Position numbers and translations under genes: made by a program. Below are positions 51,185-61,654 of a DNA stretch of 64,000 nucleotides, piece after piece; within the stretch, counting starts at the first letter, position 1, and every line of letters begins with the position of its first letter. Origin of the DNA: an uncultured Verrucomicrobiae bacterium (GTDB lineage: Bacteria; Verrucomicrobiota; Verrucomicrobiia; Chthoniobacterales; UBA10450); assembly GCA_963726745.1 (NCBI GenBank), contig CAVSDR010000003.1, positions 256,001-320,000 of the forward strand. Direction: 5' to 3'. The notes beneath the pieces are model-generated. The model saw only the letters and a list, made by a program, of their open reading frames with translations. It was not told where the DNA came from and ran no database searches.

Positions 51185-51799
51185 ATGAAACACCTTGCGC
51201 TCCTGCTCGCGTTGCTCGCCAGCACAGCCGCGGCCCGCGAGCCGGTCGTCGGCGGCCCGTGTGAAGGATGCGAAGCAGTCTATGTGGGTTTGCCGGCGAA
51301 GCTCGAGTCCCGTGCGCGGATCGCGCCGGCTGGCGAACCGGGGACGCCGTTGCGCATCGAAGGCACGGTGCGCACCGCGGACGATCGTCCGGCTGCGGGC
51401 GTGATCGTTTACGCGTATCACACGAACGCCCAGGGCATTTACCCGCCGGATCCTGCGACGCGCGGCACCGCGGCCGCACGTCACGGCCGGCTGCGCGCCT
51501 GGGTGCAAACCGACGCGCAAGGCCGCTACGTTTTCGAAACCATCCGGCCGGGCGGCTATCCCGGGCGGCTTGACCCCGAACATGTCCACCTGCACGTGAT
51601 CGAGCCGGGACGCTGCACCTACTACATCGACGACATTGTCTTCCGCGATGATCCGCGCCTGACCGCGGCGCAGATCGCCCGCGTTGCGCACGGTCGCGGC
51701 GGCTCCGGCATCACGCAGCCGCGCCGCGCGGCGGACGGCGGTCTCCGGGTCGAGCGCAACATTCTCCTCGGCGCGGCCATTCCCGGCTATCCGCGGTAA
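51185..51799 (+). CDS. Secreted intradiol dioxygenase-like protein
   Basis: GGPCEGCE, EPG.PL..GTV, YHT.A.G.Y, TIRPG.YP..EH.H. Confidence 0.8.
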   Translation: MKHLALLLALLASTAAAREPVVGGPCEGCEAVYVGLPAKLESRARIAPAGEPGTPLRIEGTVRTADDRPAAGVIVYAYHTNAQGIYPPDPATRGTAAARHGRLRAWVQTDAQGRYVFETIRPGGYPGRLDPEHVHLHVIEPGRCTYYIDDIVFRDDPRLTAAQIARVAHGRGGSGITQPRRAADGGLRVERNILLGAAIPGYPR

Positions 51800-51838
51800 G
51801 GCCGTGCGCGCGCACGCAACTCGCTACAGACCGGAGGC

Positions 51839-52705
51839 GTGATCCGCCTTCTCCTCCTGCTCCTCCTGACTGCGACTTCGCTCCGGGCGCAGCTCGAGGA
51901 GGTCGAGCTCTCGAGAATTAGCCAGCAGGATGGCCACCCGCTGGCGGCGCGCGCGCTCGCGCTCCATCCGGCGGAATGGAAGCACGCCGAGGGCGAGCAT
52001 TTCATCTATCATTACACGCGCAGCCACGTGGCCAACGCCGTTGCCCTCGAGGCCGAGCATGGCTGGCGCGTGATCGCGCAAACGCTCGAGCGCGACGCGC
52101 CGGCGAGTCCGCGAAAGTCGCACATCTACCTTTTCGAGAATCCGGAGGACTGGGTGAATTTTCGCGTCGCCGGCGAACTCGAGGCGTGGACTGGCGGGAT
52201 CCATTCCGAGGGCAGCCTCTTTCTCCTGCGCGACGCGGCGACTCGTTTTGCCGACAACACCCTCGCGCACGAGGTCGCGCACCTGGTGCTCTTCCGCTAC
52301 TACGGCCACGCGATTCCGCTCTGGCTGAACGAAGGCTTCGCGCAATTCGTTTCCAAAGGCGCGCAGGCCAGCTTCCATCGCGCGCGCGGCCGGCGGGCGG
52401 TCCCGAAGTCGGAGGCGGTCGACCCGACGGGCTACATTCCCATCGCCGAACTCCTCGCTTTGACCAAAGCGCCGGGCGACCGCGTCGACCTCTTTTACGA
52501 CGAAGCCGAGCGGCTGGTCCGCTTTCTCGCCGCCGAAAAGCCGCGCTTCCTCGCGCTGCTCGATGCGCTTGGGCGACAGGAGACGTTCGACGCGGCTTTC
52601 CCTCGCGTATATGCCGGGGTCTTTAACAACCGGGCCGATTTCGAGGAGAAGTTTCGGGCTTACGCCTCGAAGGATTTTGCCGGCAACCCGCAGGACACCT
52701 TGTAG
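51839..52705 (+). CDS. Secreted peptidase MA-like metalloprotease
   Basis: LAHEVAH (HExxH) followed by PLWLNEGFA. Confidence 0.75.
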   Translation: MIRLLLLLLLTATSLRAQLEEVELSRISQQDGHPLAARALALHPAEWKHAEGEHFIYHYTRSHVANAVALEAEHGWRVIAQTLERDAPASPRKSHIYLFENPEDWVNFRVAGELEAWTGGIHSEGSLFLLRDAATRFADNTLAHEVAHLVLFRYYGHAIPLWLNEGFAQFVSKGAQASFHRARGRRAVPKSEAVDPTGYIPIAELLALTKAPGDRVDLFYDEAERLVRFLAAEKPRFLALLDALGRQETFDAAFPRVYAGVFNNRADFEEKFRAYASKDFAGNPQDTL

Positions 52706-52738
52706 CGCCACGGTCGAACGCGGACTAAAGTCCGCGGG

Positions 52739-53864
52739 ATGGCGAAAGCAAAAGCCAAAACGGGCGACGCCCAGATCCACGCGGTCGTCGGCTCCGACGA
52801 GAGCGAGGTCAAGCGCACCGCCGCGGAATTAGCCGCCCAGTTGACCCCGCCGGATGCGGGCGATTTCGGCCTCGAGATCATCGACGGCGCAGGCGACAAC
52901 AGCGAGCAATCTGCCAGCCGCATTCGCGCCGCGATCGATGCCTTGCAGACGCTCCCGTTCTTTGGCGGCAAGCTCGTCTGGCTCAAGAACGCGAACAGCC
53001 TGGGCGATTCCGTCATCGGCCGCTCGGTCGCGGTGCAGGAAGCGCTGGAGAAATTAGCCGACACTTTGGACGAAGGACTCGCGCCTGGAATTACCTTCCT
53101 GCTGAGCGCGACCGAGGTGGACAAGCGGCGCTCGTTCTACAAGTCGTTAGGCAAACGCGCCGAGCTGCAGGTGATCGACAAGCTCGACGCCAGTCGCAGC
53201 GGCTGGGAAGAGGAAGCGACCGAGATCGTCCGCCGCCGGGCGCGCGCGCGCGAACTCGCCTTCGAGGAGGAAGCGCTCGATCTCTTCGTTCTCCTGACCG
53301 GCGGCGACACCCGGCAAATCGAGAACGAGCTCGAGAAGCTCGACCTTTATGTGAGCGCGCAACGCCGCGTGACCACCGAGGAAGTGCGCACGCTGGTGCC
53401 GCTCTCGCGCGCCGGGGTGATCTTCGAATTAGGCAACGCTTTGGCCGCCTGCGATCTCGACCGCGCGCTCGCGCTCGTGCGCGGGCTGCTCGACCAGGGC
53501 GAAAGCGCGATCGGCATTCTCCTGGTCGCGATCCTGCCGACGGTGCGGAATCTCCTGCTCGCGAAGGACCTGATCGAGCGCCATCGGATGAGCCGGCCCT
53601 CGGCGCCGTTCTCTTTCATCTCCGCGGTCAATCGCCTGCCCGCGAGCGCGACCGAGCATCTCCCGCGCAAGAAAGACGGCACGGTCAACGCCTACGCGCT
53701 CGGGCCTGGCCGCGATGGCGGCGCACCGCTTCGAGACGGAGCAATTAATCGCCGGTCTCGAGGCTTGCCTGGAAGCGAACCTGCAGATCGTGAGCAGCGC
53801 GCTCGATCACGAGCTCATCCTGACCGAGATCGTGGTCAAGCTGCTTGCGCGGCCAGGTCGTTAG
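52739..53864 (+). CDS. holA: DNA polymerase III delta subunit, frameshift near 53702
   Basis: TLPFFGGKLV, ENELEKL, IFEL..AL; shifted frame continues LAAMAAHRF..ELILTEIVVKLL to TAG 53864. Confidence 0.85.
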
Positions 53865-54296
53865 ACCGCGGACGTGGTCCCATCGACCTGCTGGCGCGCG
53901 ATCGGCCCGAGGTAGGGAATTTCCCAACGCACACCGATAAAAGCCTTCACCAGCGTGATGATGAAGAAGACGAGGAAGGCCAGGCTAACCAGTGCCCAGA
54001 TGATCCAAAGGATGAGCGCGAAGACGACGCCAAGCGCCGGGAATGGGCGTGAGGATGGCGTGCGCGATGTTGAAGACGATCACGAAGACCAGCCAGGCAC
54101 CGCCGAAAATGATCGACTGCATGGCGTAAAAACGGACGAATGCATCGCGTTTCTCGAGCACGTAAAAGATGATCCCACCGATGAGCGGAATGCAGGCGAG
54201 CGCGGCGGCCACATTCGACGGCAGGCCGGTCGTGCTATTGGTCGGGCCGACCGGCGGCGGAGTCGTTGGAGGAATGGAATCAACAGGGTCAGCCAT
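53861..54296 (-). CDS. DUF4870-like small membrane protein, frameshift near 54037
   Basis: TGLPSNVAAALA, FVRFYAMQSI; shifted frame ..VKAF.G.RWEIPYLG. Confidence 0.75.
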
Positions 54297-54352
54297 GTCC
54301 TTGAGTACATGAGACCGCGCGCCGGGTTGTCAAGCGCGCGCCGGGAAACCGC

Positions 54353-55405
54353 ATGAGAGAAATCATCGTTCGCGCCGGCGCCGCACGCTATCGCGTGCTC
54401 GTGGGGCGCGGGCTGCTCCGCACCGTGGGCGAGGAAGTGCGCGCGCTCGGGCGCGGGCCGCGCTGCGCGCTGATCGCCGATGCAAACAGCGGCAAGCTCT
54501 TCGGTGAAGATGTGCGCGCAGCCTGGAGGTGGCCGGCTATTTCCCGACGGTGATCACGCTGCCGGCGGGCGAAGGTTCCAAATCGCTCGAGCACGCCGGA
54601 CGCTGTGGCGGAGAAGATGGCGGCTGCAGGATTGGATCGGACGTCGTTCGTGGTTGCGCTCGGCGGCGGGGTGGTCGGCGACCTCGCGGGCTTCGTCGCG
54701 GCGATTTATCATCGCGGCATTCCGGTGGTGCAGCTGCCGACGACTTTGCTCGCGCAGGTCGATAGCGCGATTGGCGGCAAGACCGCGGTCAACACGCGCG
54801 CAGCAAAGAACTTGTTAGGCGTGGTGCACCAGCCGGCCTTGGTCCTGGCCGATGTGGCCGCGCTGGAAACGCTTCCGCCGCGCGAGTTTCGGCAGGGCTT
54901 CGCGGAAATCATCAAGCATGGCGTGATCGCGGACCCGGCGATTTTCGAAATGTTAGCCGGCGACCTGGAGGCGCTGGTCGCGCGCAATCTCCAGATCAAG
55001 GCAGACGTGGTCGCGTTGGATGAGTTCGACACTTCGGGGGCGCGCGCGGTCCTCAATTTTGGCCACACCGTCGGCCACGCGCTCGAGCGCGCGGCCGGTT
55101 ATGGCGCGCTCCTGCACGGCGAAGCCGTGAGCCTTGGGATGGTGGCGGCGTGTGAGATTTCCGTGCGCTGCGCGGGCTTGCCGGAGGCGGAGCGCGCGCG
55201 GGTAATCGCGGCCTTGGAGCAGGTCGGCTTGCCGACGAAGTTGCCGGCTAATTTTCCGCGGGGGGAGATTTTGCCGGCACTGCGCGCGGATAAAAAATTC
55301 GAGCGCGGTGAAGTTCGCTTCGTCGTGAGTCCGAAGCTCGGAAGCGCCTACCTCTCCTCGGAGATCACGCTCGCGGAGATCGAAGGGGCGATCGCAAAGC
55401 TTTAA
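54353..55405 (+). CDS. aroB: 3-dehydroquinate synthase, frameshifts near 54525 and 54600
   Basis: GEGSKS, GGGVVGDLAGF, PTTLLAQVDSAIGGKT, LNFGHT.GH, HGEAV. Confidence 0.92.
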
Positions 55406-55408
55406 TCT

Positions 55409-55541
55409 GGGGAGCGCAGGCTGCCAGCCTGCAGTTTCCGGCAGCCTGCCGGAAACACCTCCCTCTTCCCGAAACCTTCGGCCATCGCCCTCTGGACGCG
55501 GCAAGCTGCCGCGACCGGCAGGCTGGCAGCCTGCGCTCCCC
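55409..55541. repeat. REP/REPIN-like palindromic element between convergent genes
   Basis: Perfect 24-bp inverted repeat GGGGAGCGCAGGCTGCCAGCCTGC (55409-55432 / 55518-55541) enclosing two inner hairpins. Confidence 0.8.
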
Positions 55542-55547
55542 GGAAAC

Positions 55548-56826
55548 CTACGGGCGGGCGCCGCGGTAATAATTCACCAGACCATCGGCCACGCCGTCGG
55601 CATACTCGCGGAAAATGCTCGGGCGCTCGGTGCCGTTCACGTTGCGCAAGCCCTCGTAATCGCCCTCCTGCACGCGCCAGAAAACCTCGTCGCTGTTCAT
55701 CACATACGGCTCGTAATAGATCACCGGGCAATCGTAGAGCCGCGTGGCCATAAGATTGCGCAGGAAGACATACTCGGTGCCCTCGACCGGGGTGACGTTG
55801 TCGGTCGTGTAGCGATATGGCGGCAGCTTCGTGCGCTGCGCGAGCGCATCGGCGGCTTTCCGCGCGAGCGGCAACTCCTCCTCGTGCGTCCGGCTGAGCA
55901 AACGTTCCAGCATCTCGAAGCGCACGTCGTCGAACTCCAGCTCTGCCGGCAGGTAAGCGCCGTTGACCAGCAGGTGCAGATGATTCCGCTCGATCAAACG
56001 CGGCGCGGTCGGCACATCCCAGGCCTCGGCGTTGAAGTGCAAACAGAGGACGACGTCCGGCTTCAGGCGTCCGTTCACGATCGCAGCGCGCTGTCTGATT
56101 TCGCTGTTGCGATAAAAGAGCAGCTCGCTCTCCCAGCGGACGGTGTGCTCCTTGTCCGGATCCTCCGGCGCCGGCGAACTCTTCGCGCGGCTGCGCAATC
56201 CCGTTGCGCGCCAGGACCTCCCGCGCGAGCACGCGCAAATCATCGGGGCGCTTCGGCGTGGTCGGCTCGTTCTCCGCGCGCACCAGCGAGACGGTGGCGC
56301 CGAGCTTGCGCAGCTTTGGCGCGAGCAATTTCGCCACCCGCAAGGTCATGTCGCCCTCGGTCACGGGCCGGCTGTCGCCCACCTGGAACCAGCGCTCCTC
56401 CATCTTCGCCCAGCGTCCGCCGATGTGTCCCGGGTCGAGCGCGATTTTCACCCCGGCGAGCGGGCGGTCCTTGGGCGGCGCCTTCCGCGTGGCGGTGCTT
56501 TTCCAGGGACGCGCAAACTTCCGGCGCGACTCCTCGTTAGGCGCGAAGCGTAGAGTAAACCAGCTCTGGGCGTCGTGATCGATCAGGAAGCGCGCGCGCT
56601 CCGCTTCCACCTGGATGTGTTCCGCGCTGTAGCCGCGGGTGCAGTAGACCTTTTCGAGCGCGGCCACGAAATCGTCGTGCGTCATCGTCTCCTGATATTT
56701 TTCGAAAGCGGCCCACTCAGGCGGGTGCCCCAGCGGACTGACCTTCGGCGCTGCGCCTGCAGAGAGCAGCAAAGCCAGGGAGACTGCGACCACCAGCAGG
56801 CAGCGGCGATAGATGATGCAACCCAT
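55548..56826 (-). CDS. N-acetylmuramoyl-L-alanine amidase-like protein, frameshift near 56170
   Basis: KIALDPGHIGG, EG.MTL; other frame EIRQRA..PD..LCLHFNA, YEPYVMNS. Confidence 0.75.
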
Positions 56827-56874
56827 GGCTGGGAATGAACATCATTTCGCCCGAGGCGCTGGCGATTCCTGACT

Positions 56875-59859
56875 TTACCTTTCCCGGGTCTGGCGGTGAC
56901 GCCAGGTAGCAGCGAGGACAAGCGCCGTCAGCGCCGCGGCGGCCCAAGTGGCCGGCTCAGGCACGGCCGTGAGATTGGGCACGAACTCGTAGAATCCGTT
57001 GTAACTAATGATCGTTGCCCCCTGCGCAAACGGCATGGCGGCGTCGTTAAAGAACTGGAAAGAGGCGAGCTGCTCCGGCGAAAAGCCGGGGTTAAAGGAA
57101 GCCAAAAGCCGGTCATTGCCGGCGGACCCGGTATCGCCCAGGGGCGAGCCCGTCCAGTTCAAGATCGAGATCAAGCCGCCGCTTCCGGCATACATGGTAA
57201 TCGACGAGAAGAGCAGGGTGCTGCCGTTTCCGCCGCTGCCGAAGTCGATCGTGGTCCCGTTATGCAAAGTGAGGAAGCCTACGCCGACCGGGGAGCCAGC
57301 TGCGGGGCTGCCTTCGCTCAGTCCATTGGTCACCAATCTGGCCCCGGCCTGCAGGTCGATTGCCGTGTTCGCCCCCAGGCGGTCGTTCGAGGCCGTGGTG
57401 CCCTGCAAAAGCAAGGTGCCGCCGTTGTTCACGATGATGGTGCCGGCGCTGACTTTCCCGGTGGTTCCGATCTGCAGGGTGTTGCCCGTGGTGCCGCTGG
57501 CCGTGCCGATCACGACCTGGTTCGCCGTGACGCTGCCCTCGACCACCAGTTTGTTCGCGTTGGCGCCTGCATTGCTGCCGATGCGAATGGAGGTGCCGGG
57601 CAAGGTCACATCGGCAGAGTTGCCGGCCATCAGGATGACTTGATTCGAGCTCGTGGTTTCGCCCACAACCCAATCCTGGCGGGAGATGAAACTGATGCCG
57701 TCAATGGTCCGCGTGGCGTCCCCGACGTTCAGAGTCGTGATCGAACTGATAGTGCCGCTGTAGGCTTTGCCGGAATCTACTGCGACCCCGTCGCCATAAG
57801 ATGCGCCAACGACGAAGCGATCGCCATCCAGGCTGACGGAGTAACCGAAGAAGTCGCCACTAGCGCCATCCGAAGCAAAGAGCTTCACACTCTCCGTTAC
57901 GGTTCCTGTGGCCGTGTCTAAATTTTGAAAGAGGTAGGCCGAGCCTGCACCAGACTTCGCTCCGGGATTGTCGCCATACGCTCCGACCAGCGCGTTATTT
58001 CCGGAAATACTGACAGAGATACCGAAGTAATCATGAGCCGCGCGATCCGAAGCAAGTAGTTTTGCCGTCTGTGTCACCGTGCCATTGGCGGCGTCCAAAT
58101 TGCGAAATAGATAGGCCGAGCCCTCATCGGAATTCGCTCCGATATCATCGTCACCGTAGGCGCCCACGAGCGCGCTGGTCCCAGAAAGACTGACAGAATA
58201 GCCGAAGAAATCATCGGCCGCGCCGTCGGCCGCGATCAGCTTCGCGCTTTGCGTTACTGTCCCAGTGACGATGTCGAGATTCCGGAAAAAATAGGCTGAT
58301 CCTTGCTGAAAGTTGACGCCGATATCGTCGCCATGTGCGCCGACCAGCGCGTTACTCCCTGAAAGGCTGACCGAAGAGCCGAAGCGGTCACCAGAAGCAC
58401 CATCGGCGGCCACCAGCTTCGCGTTCTGCGTCACTGTCCCACCGGCACTGTCCAAATTCCGAAAAAAATATGCAGAGCCCCGGTCGCTGCCCGGCGCTCC
58501 GACTAGCGCACTGTTCCCGGCGAGGCTGACCGAGACTCCGAAGTGATCGTAGGCTGCGCCATCCGAAGCAGTCAGCTTCGTGTTCTGCGTCACTGTACCC
58601 GCAGCAGTGCTCAGATTCCGATAAAAGTAGGCCGATCCTTGGTAAGAGTTAGCTCCGACGAAGTCGCCGGGTGCGCCCAGGAGTGCGCTCGAACCGGAAA
58701 GGCTAACCGAATAGCCGAGGTTATCATAATAAGCCCCGTCCGAGGCGATCAGCTTCACGCTTTGGGTGATGGTCCCGCTGGCCGTGTTGAGACTTTGAAA
58801 CAAGTAACCGGAGCCCTGATAAGCGTTGACGCCAACGGCGTCATAAAATGCTCCGACCAGCGCGCTGGCACCGGAAAGACTGACCGACCAGCCAAAGTTA
58901 TCGTCGGTCGCGCCGTCCGAGGCCTGCAATCGCTGACCCAAGGCAAAACCAGACGCGGAATGAATCGTGAATCCATTCAAACGCGGGCTGTCGTTGGCAT
59001 TGGCCGTAGCCCGGAATGAGACCGTGCCCAGGGCGTTCGCAACTCCGCCGAGCGTGAGGGAGAACTGGCCATCGGCGGTCACGCTAGTGTTGTAGTTGAT
59101 GCTGCCCGAGGCGCCGCTGCCAAGGTTGGTGAAAGTCGTCGTGCCGCCCTGGGCTGAATGGTCGTAGGCGTAGAAGGTGAAAAAGTAGTCTGTGCCCGCG
59201 AGCAGCCCGGAGATGGTCAGTGTGAGGGCGCGGTTGTTGTCGGTGGTGACAAAGTCGCGGTAAAGTTCGCCCAGGGTGAAAGCGCCCGCATCGGCCGGCC
59301 CGCCGCGATCGCGGCTCCCGAGATTTCCGGCGGAGGCGGCCAGAGCAACGCTGAGGCTTCCGCTGGTGAAGCTGTTGCTGGCCGCGAATGACTGCGTCTG
59401 CGTGGGACCGCCGCTGATGTTAAAGGATTGCCAGCCGGTTTCGGTGGGGCTGCTGGGGGTGTTGAAGTCGATCTTGAGGACGGGGTCGCCGACAACGGTG
59501 GTCGCGGCCAGCAGTCTCTCATCGGACGCCAGCACAAGCCCAGCGCGGGAAGGGAGCCCGCGCAGCGACTTGGTCAAGCCAGCGCGCGCGTCCTTGACCC
59601 TGGTCCGCCGGAGAGCCGGCGTTTGCGAGACTCGTAGTGGCACGACTGGTTTCCACCACAGGCGGGAAAATTCCAGGCGCAGGGGGCGCGCGTCATCGAC
59701 TGCCGCATCGGCCTGAGCGGATACCATCTGCGCGGAGCCCGACGAGCAAACGACCGCCAGGTAAAGAGTGCTGGCTAATATGCCACAACGAGTTGCGGCG
59801 CGCGACAAAACGCGGAGCTGGATAAATGCGTTGGGAGACGAGGCGGCGATTGCTTTCAT
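56875..59859 (-). CDS. FG-GAP repeat beta-propeller surface protein with PEP-CTERM sorting signal
   Basis: Seven A.DG...D.FG.SVSLSG..LVGA repeats; C-terminal VPEPATW + TM helix + basic tail; start codon uncertain. Confidence 0.85.
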   Translation of the reverse strand: MKAIAASSPNAFIQLRVLSRAATRCGILASTLYLAVVCSSGSAQMVSAQADAAVDDARPLRLEFSRLWWKPVVPLRVSQTPALRRTRVKDARAGLTKSLRGLPSRAGLVLASDERLLAATTVVGDPVLKIDFNTPSSPTETGWQSFNISGGPTQTQSFAASNSFTSGSLSVALAASAGNLGSRDRGGPADAGAFTLGELYRDFVTTDNNRALTLTISGLLAGTDYFFTFYAYDHSAQGGTTTFTNLGSGASGSINYNTSVTADGQFSLTLGGVANALGTVSFRATANANDSPRLNGFTIHSASGFALGQRLQASDGATDDNFGWSVSLSGASALVGAFYDAVGVNAYQGSGYLFQSLNTASGTITQSVKLIASDGAYYDNLGYSVSLSGSSALLGAPGDFVGANSYQGSAYFYRNLSTAAGTVTQNTKLTASDGAAYDHFGVSVSLAGNSALVGAPGSDRGSAYFFRNLDSAGGTVTQNAKLVAADGASGDRFGSSVSLSGSNALVGAHGDDIGVNFQQGSAYFFRNLDIVTGTVTQSAKLIAADGAADDFFGYSVSLSGTSALVGAYGDDDIGANSDEGSAYLFRNLDAANGTVTQTAKLLASDRAAHDYFGISVSISGNNALVGAYGDNPGAKSGAGSAYLFQNLDTATGTVTESVKLFASDGASGDFFGYSVSLDGDRFVVGASYGDGVAVDSGKAYSGTISSITTLNVGDATRTIDGISFISRQDWVVGETTSSNQVILMAGNSADVTLPGTSIRIGSNAGANANKLVVEGSVTANQVVIGTASGTTGNTLQIGTTGKVSAGTIIVNNGGTLLLQGTTASNDRLGANTAIDLQAGARLVTNGLSEGSPAAGSPVGVGFLTLHNGTTIDFGSGGNGSTLLFSSITMYAGSGGLISILNWTGSPLGDTGSAGNDRLLASFNPGFSPEQLASFQFFNDAAMPFAQGATIISYNGFYEFVPNLTAVPEPATWAAAALTALVLAATWRHRQTRER

Positions 59860-59936
59860 AGCTGAGGGGTTCGTGACCTCAGCTTCTAACAAGACGGGGG
59901 ACGCCCACCTATTCCCCAAAATTAGGGGGTGGACTC

Positions 59937-60707
59937 CTACGCCTGGTCACCGCCATCGCCGCGCAGGAAACGCCGCATCAATTCCGCCTGCGAACGGACG
60001 CGAAAATGCCGGTAAACCTCCTTGATGTAGCCGCCCAAGGTGTGCAGAGAGATGCCCATTCCGTCGGCGATTTGTTTTCGGCTCTGCCCTTCGATCAGGA
60101 GATTCAAGGTCTGCCTTTGCCGCAACGAGAGGCGGGGGATGGTCACCGCGCGATCTTCCGGCCAGCCCTGTTCGTGCAACCACGGCACTTCGCTCAGGAT
60201 GATGTGGGCGATGCGGAGATCCCGCGCAGAAAATGGCGGATCCTCCGGGCTCCGGAAAATGCCGATCGTGCTCAATGACCTGGGGCCAATGGGCCTGGCT
60301 GACATGATCCCAGGGACCACGCCGGCGGCTTGCCAGAGTGGATAGGCACCCGAGAAGGCGAATCGATATTCCGGGTCGCTTTGCTGCCGCATGCGTGAGG
60401 TGTGAGCCTGGCGGCGTTGCAGCTCGGCAAAAAAAGGAGCGCTGAAATGCGCGAGATCGGGATGATCGAGCGCGCGCAGAAAGAGCGCGAATTGACCGTC
60501 CGTGAAGCCGCCGTGCAGAGAGCTGAGATGGACGGGTAATTGCCCGGGGTCCATGTCCGTGACCAAACTCCAAAGCCATGCCCGCGCCTGAATCAACTCG
60601 CTGAGCCCGCTCAGGAGGTAGCGCTTTTTCGCCATGTGATCGCCCTCGAGCGCAGCCACTTCGCCGAGCAGGCGCACCATCCGTCGCACATCGAATTCGC
60701 TCAGCAT
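59937..60707 (-). CDS. LuxR-family HTH transcriptional regulator
   Basis: C-terminal LSLRQRQTL.LL.EG.SRKQIA..MGIS.HT. Confidence 0.85.
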   Translation of the reverse strand: MLSEFDVRRMVRLLGEVAALEGDHMAKKRYLLSGLSELIQARAWLWSLVTDMDPGQLPVHLSSLHGGFTDGQFALFLRALDHPDLAHFSAPFFAELQRRQAHTSRMRQQSDPEYRFAFSGAYPLWQAAGVVPGIMSARPIGPRSLSTIGIFRSPEDPPFSARDLRIAHIILSEVPWLHEQGWPEDRAVTIPRLSLRQRQTLNLLIEGQSRKQIADGMGISLHTLGGYIKEVYRHFRVRSQAELMRRFLRGDGGDQA

Positions 60708-60829
60708 CGCGCGTGGAACTGCGCCAAGCATGCGGCGAACGCCGCCGAAGCGTAAATGAAAATCACCTTTGCCGGCGGGCGCGTTCGCGGCCCTTTTGAT
60801 TTCCCCGTTTTTACCATCATCTTCGCGGA

Positions 60830-61640
60830 ATGCTGACGATCTTGTTTCTCGGGGACATCGTCGGCGAACCAGGACGGAGCGCGGTCATCGCGCGGCTGCC
60901 GCAGTTGAAGCAGCAATACGCGCTCGATTTCACGGTCGTCAATGGCGAGAACGCCGCCGCCGGGCGCGGGATTACGCCCAAGATCACGATCGACCTCCTG
61001 CGCGCAGGCGCCGCGGTGGTGACCACGGGCGATCACATCTGGGACCAAAAGGAAATCGTGCCCTACATCGCGACCGAGCCACGGCTCCTCCGGCCGATCA
61101 ATTACCCGAACGGCGCCCCCGGTGCGGGCACGATCGTGCTGGAGACGGCGAAAGGAAAAGTTGGCGTGATCAACGTCCAGGCGCGGACGTTTATGCAGCC
61201 GATCCTGGAGAATCCGTTCGAAGCCCTGGAGCGCGCGGTCGAGGAAATGCGGCGGGAAACGCCGGTGATCTTGGTCGACGCGCATGGCGAAACCACGAGC
61301 GAGAAGATCGCCATCGGGCGATTTCTCGATGGCAGAGTGTCGGCTGTTTTGGGAACGCACACGCATGTGCAGACGGCCGACGAACAGATTTTCCCCGGCG
61401 GGACGGCTTTCCTTTGCGACGCCGGGATGTGCGGGCCTAACGAGTCCATTCTCGGCCGCGCGATCGACCCGATCGTGGGCCGCTTCATCTCCAATTTGCC
61501 GGCTGCTTTCCCAGTGGCGCGCGGCGAGGTGCGAATCTGCGGCGCGGTCGTGCAAGTAGACGAAGCAACCGGGCGCGCCCTCTCGATCACCCGGGTGAAT
61601 GAGCTCATCCGCGCGCCGGCGGAAACTGGCGCTTTAGCAG
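60830..61640 (+). CDS. ymdB: TIGR00282/YmdB metallophosphoesterase (true 3' end uncertain)
   Basis: GDIVG.PGR, NGEN.A.G.G, H.ETTSEK, GTHTHVQTAD, D.GMCG; as assembled the frame reads on to 62272 antisense to infC. Confidence 0.85.
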
Positions 61641-61654
61641 CGCCGTTGAGGCGG

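Noticed and set aside
57770..58935. Tandem DNA repeats as a DGR or array
   Set aside because: They are diverged FG-GAP protein repeats; no reverse transcriptase or adenine-specific variation.
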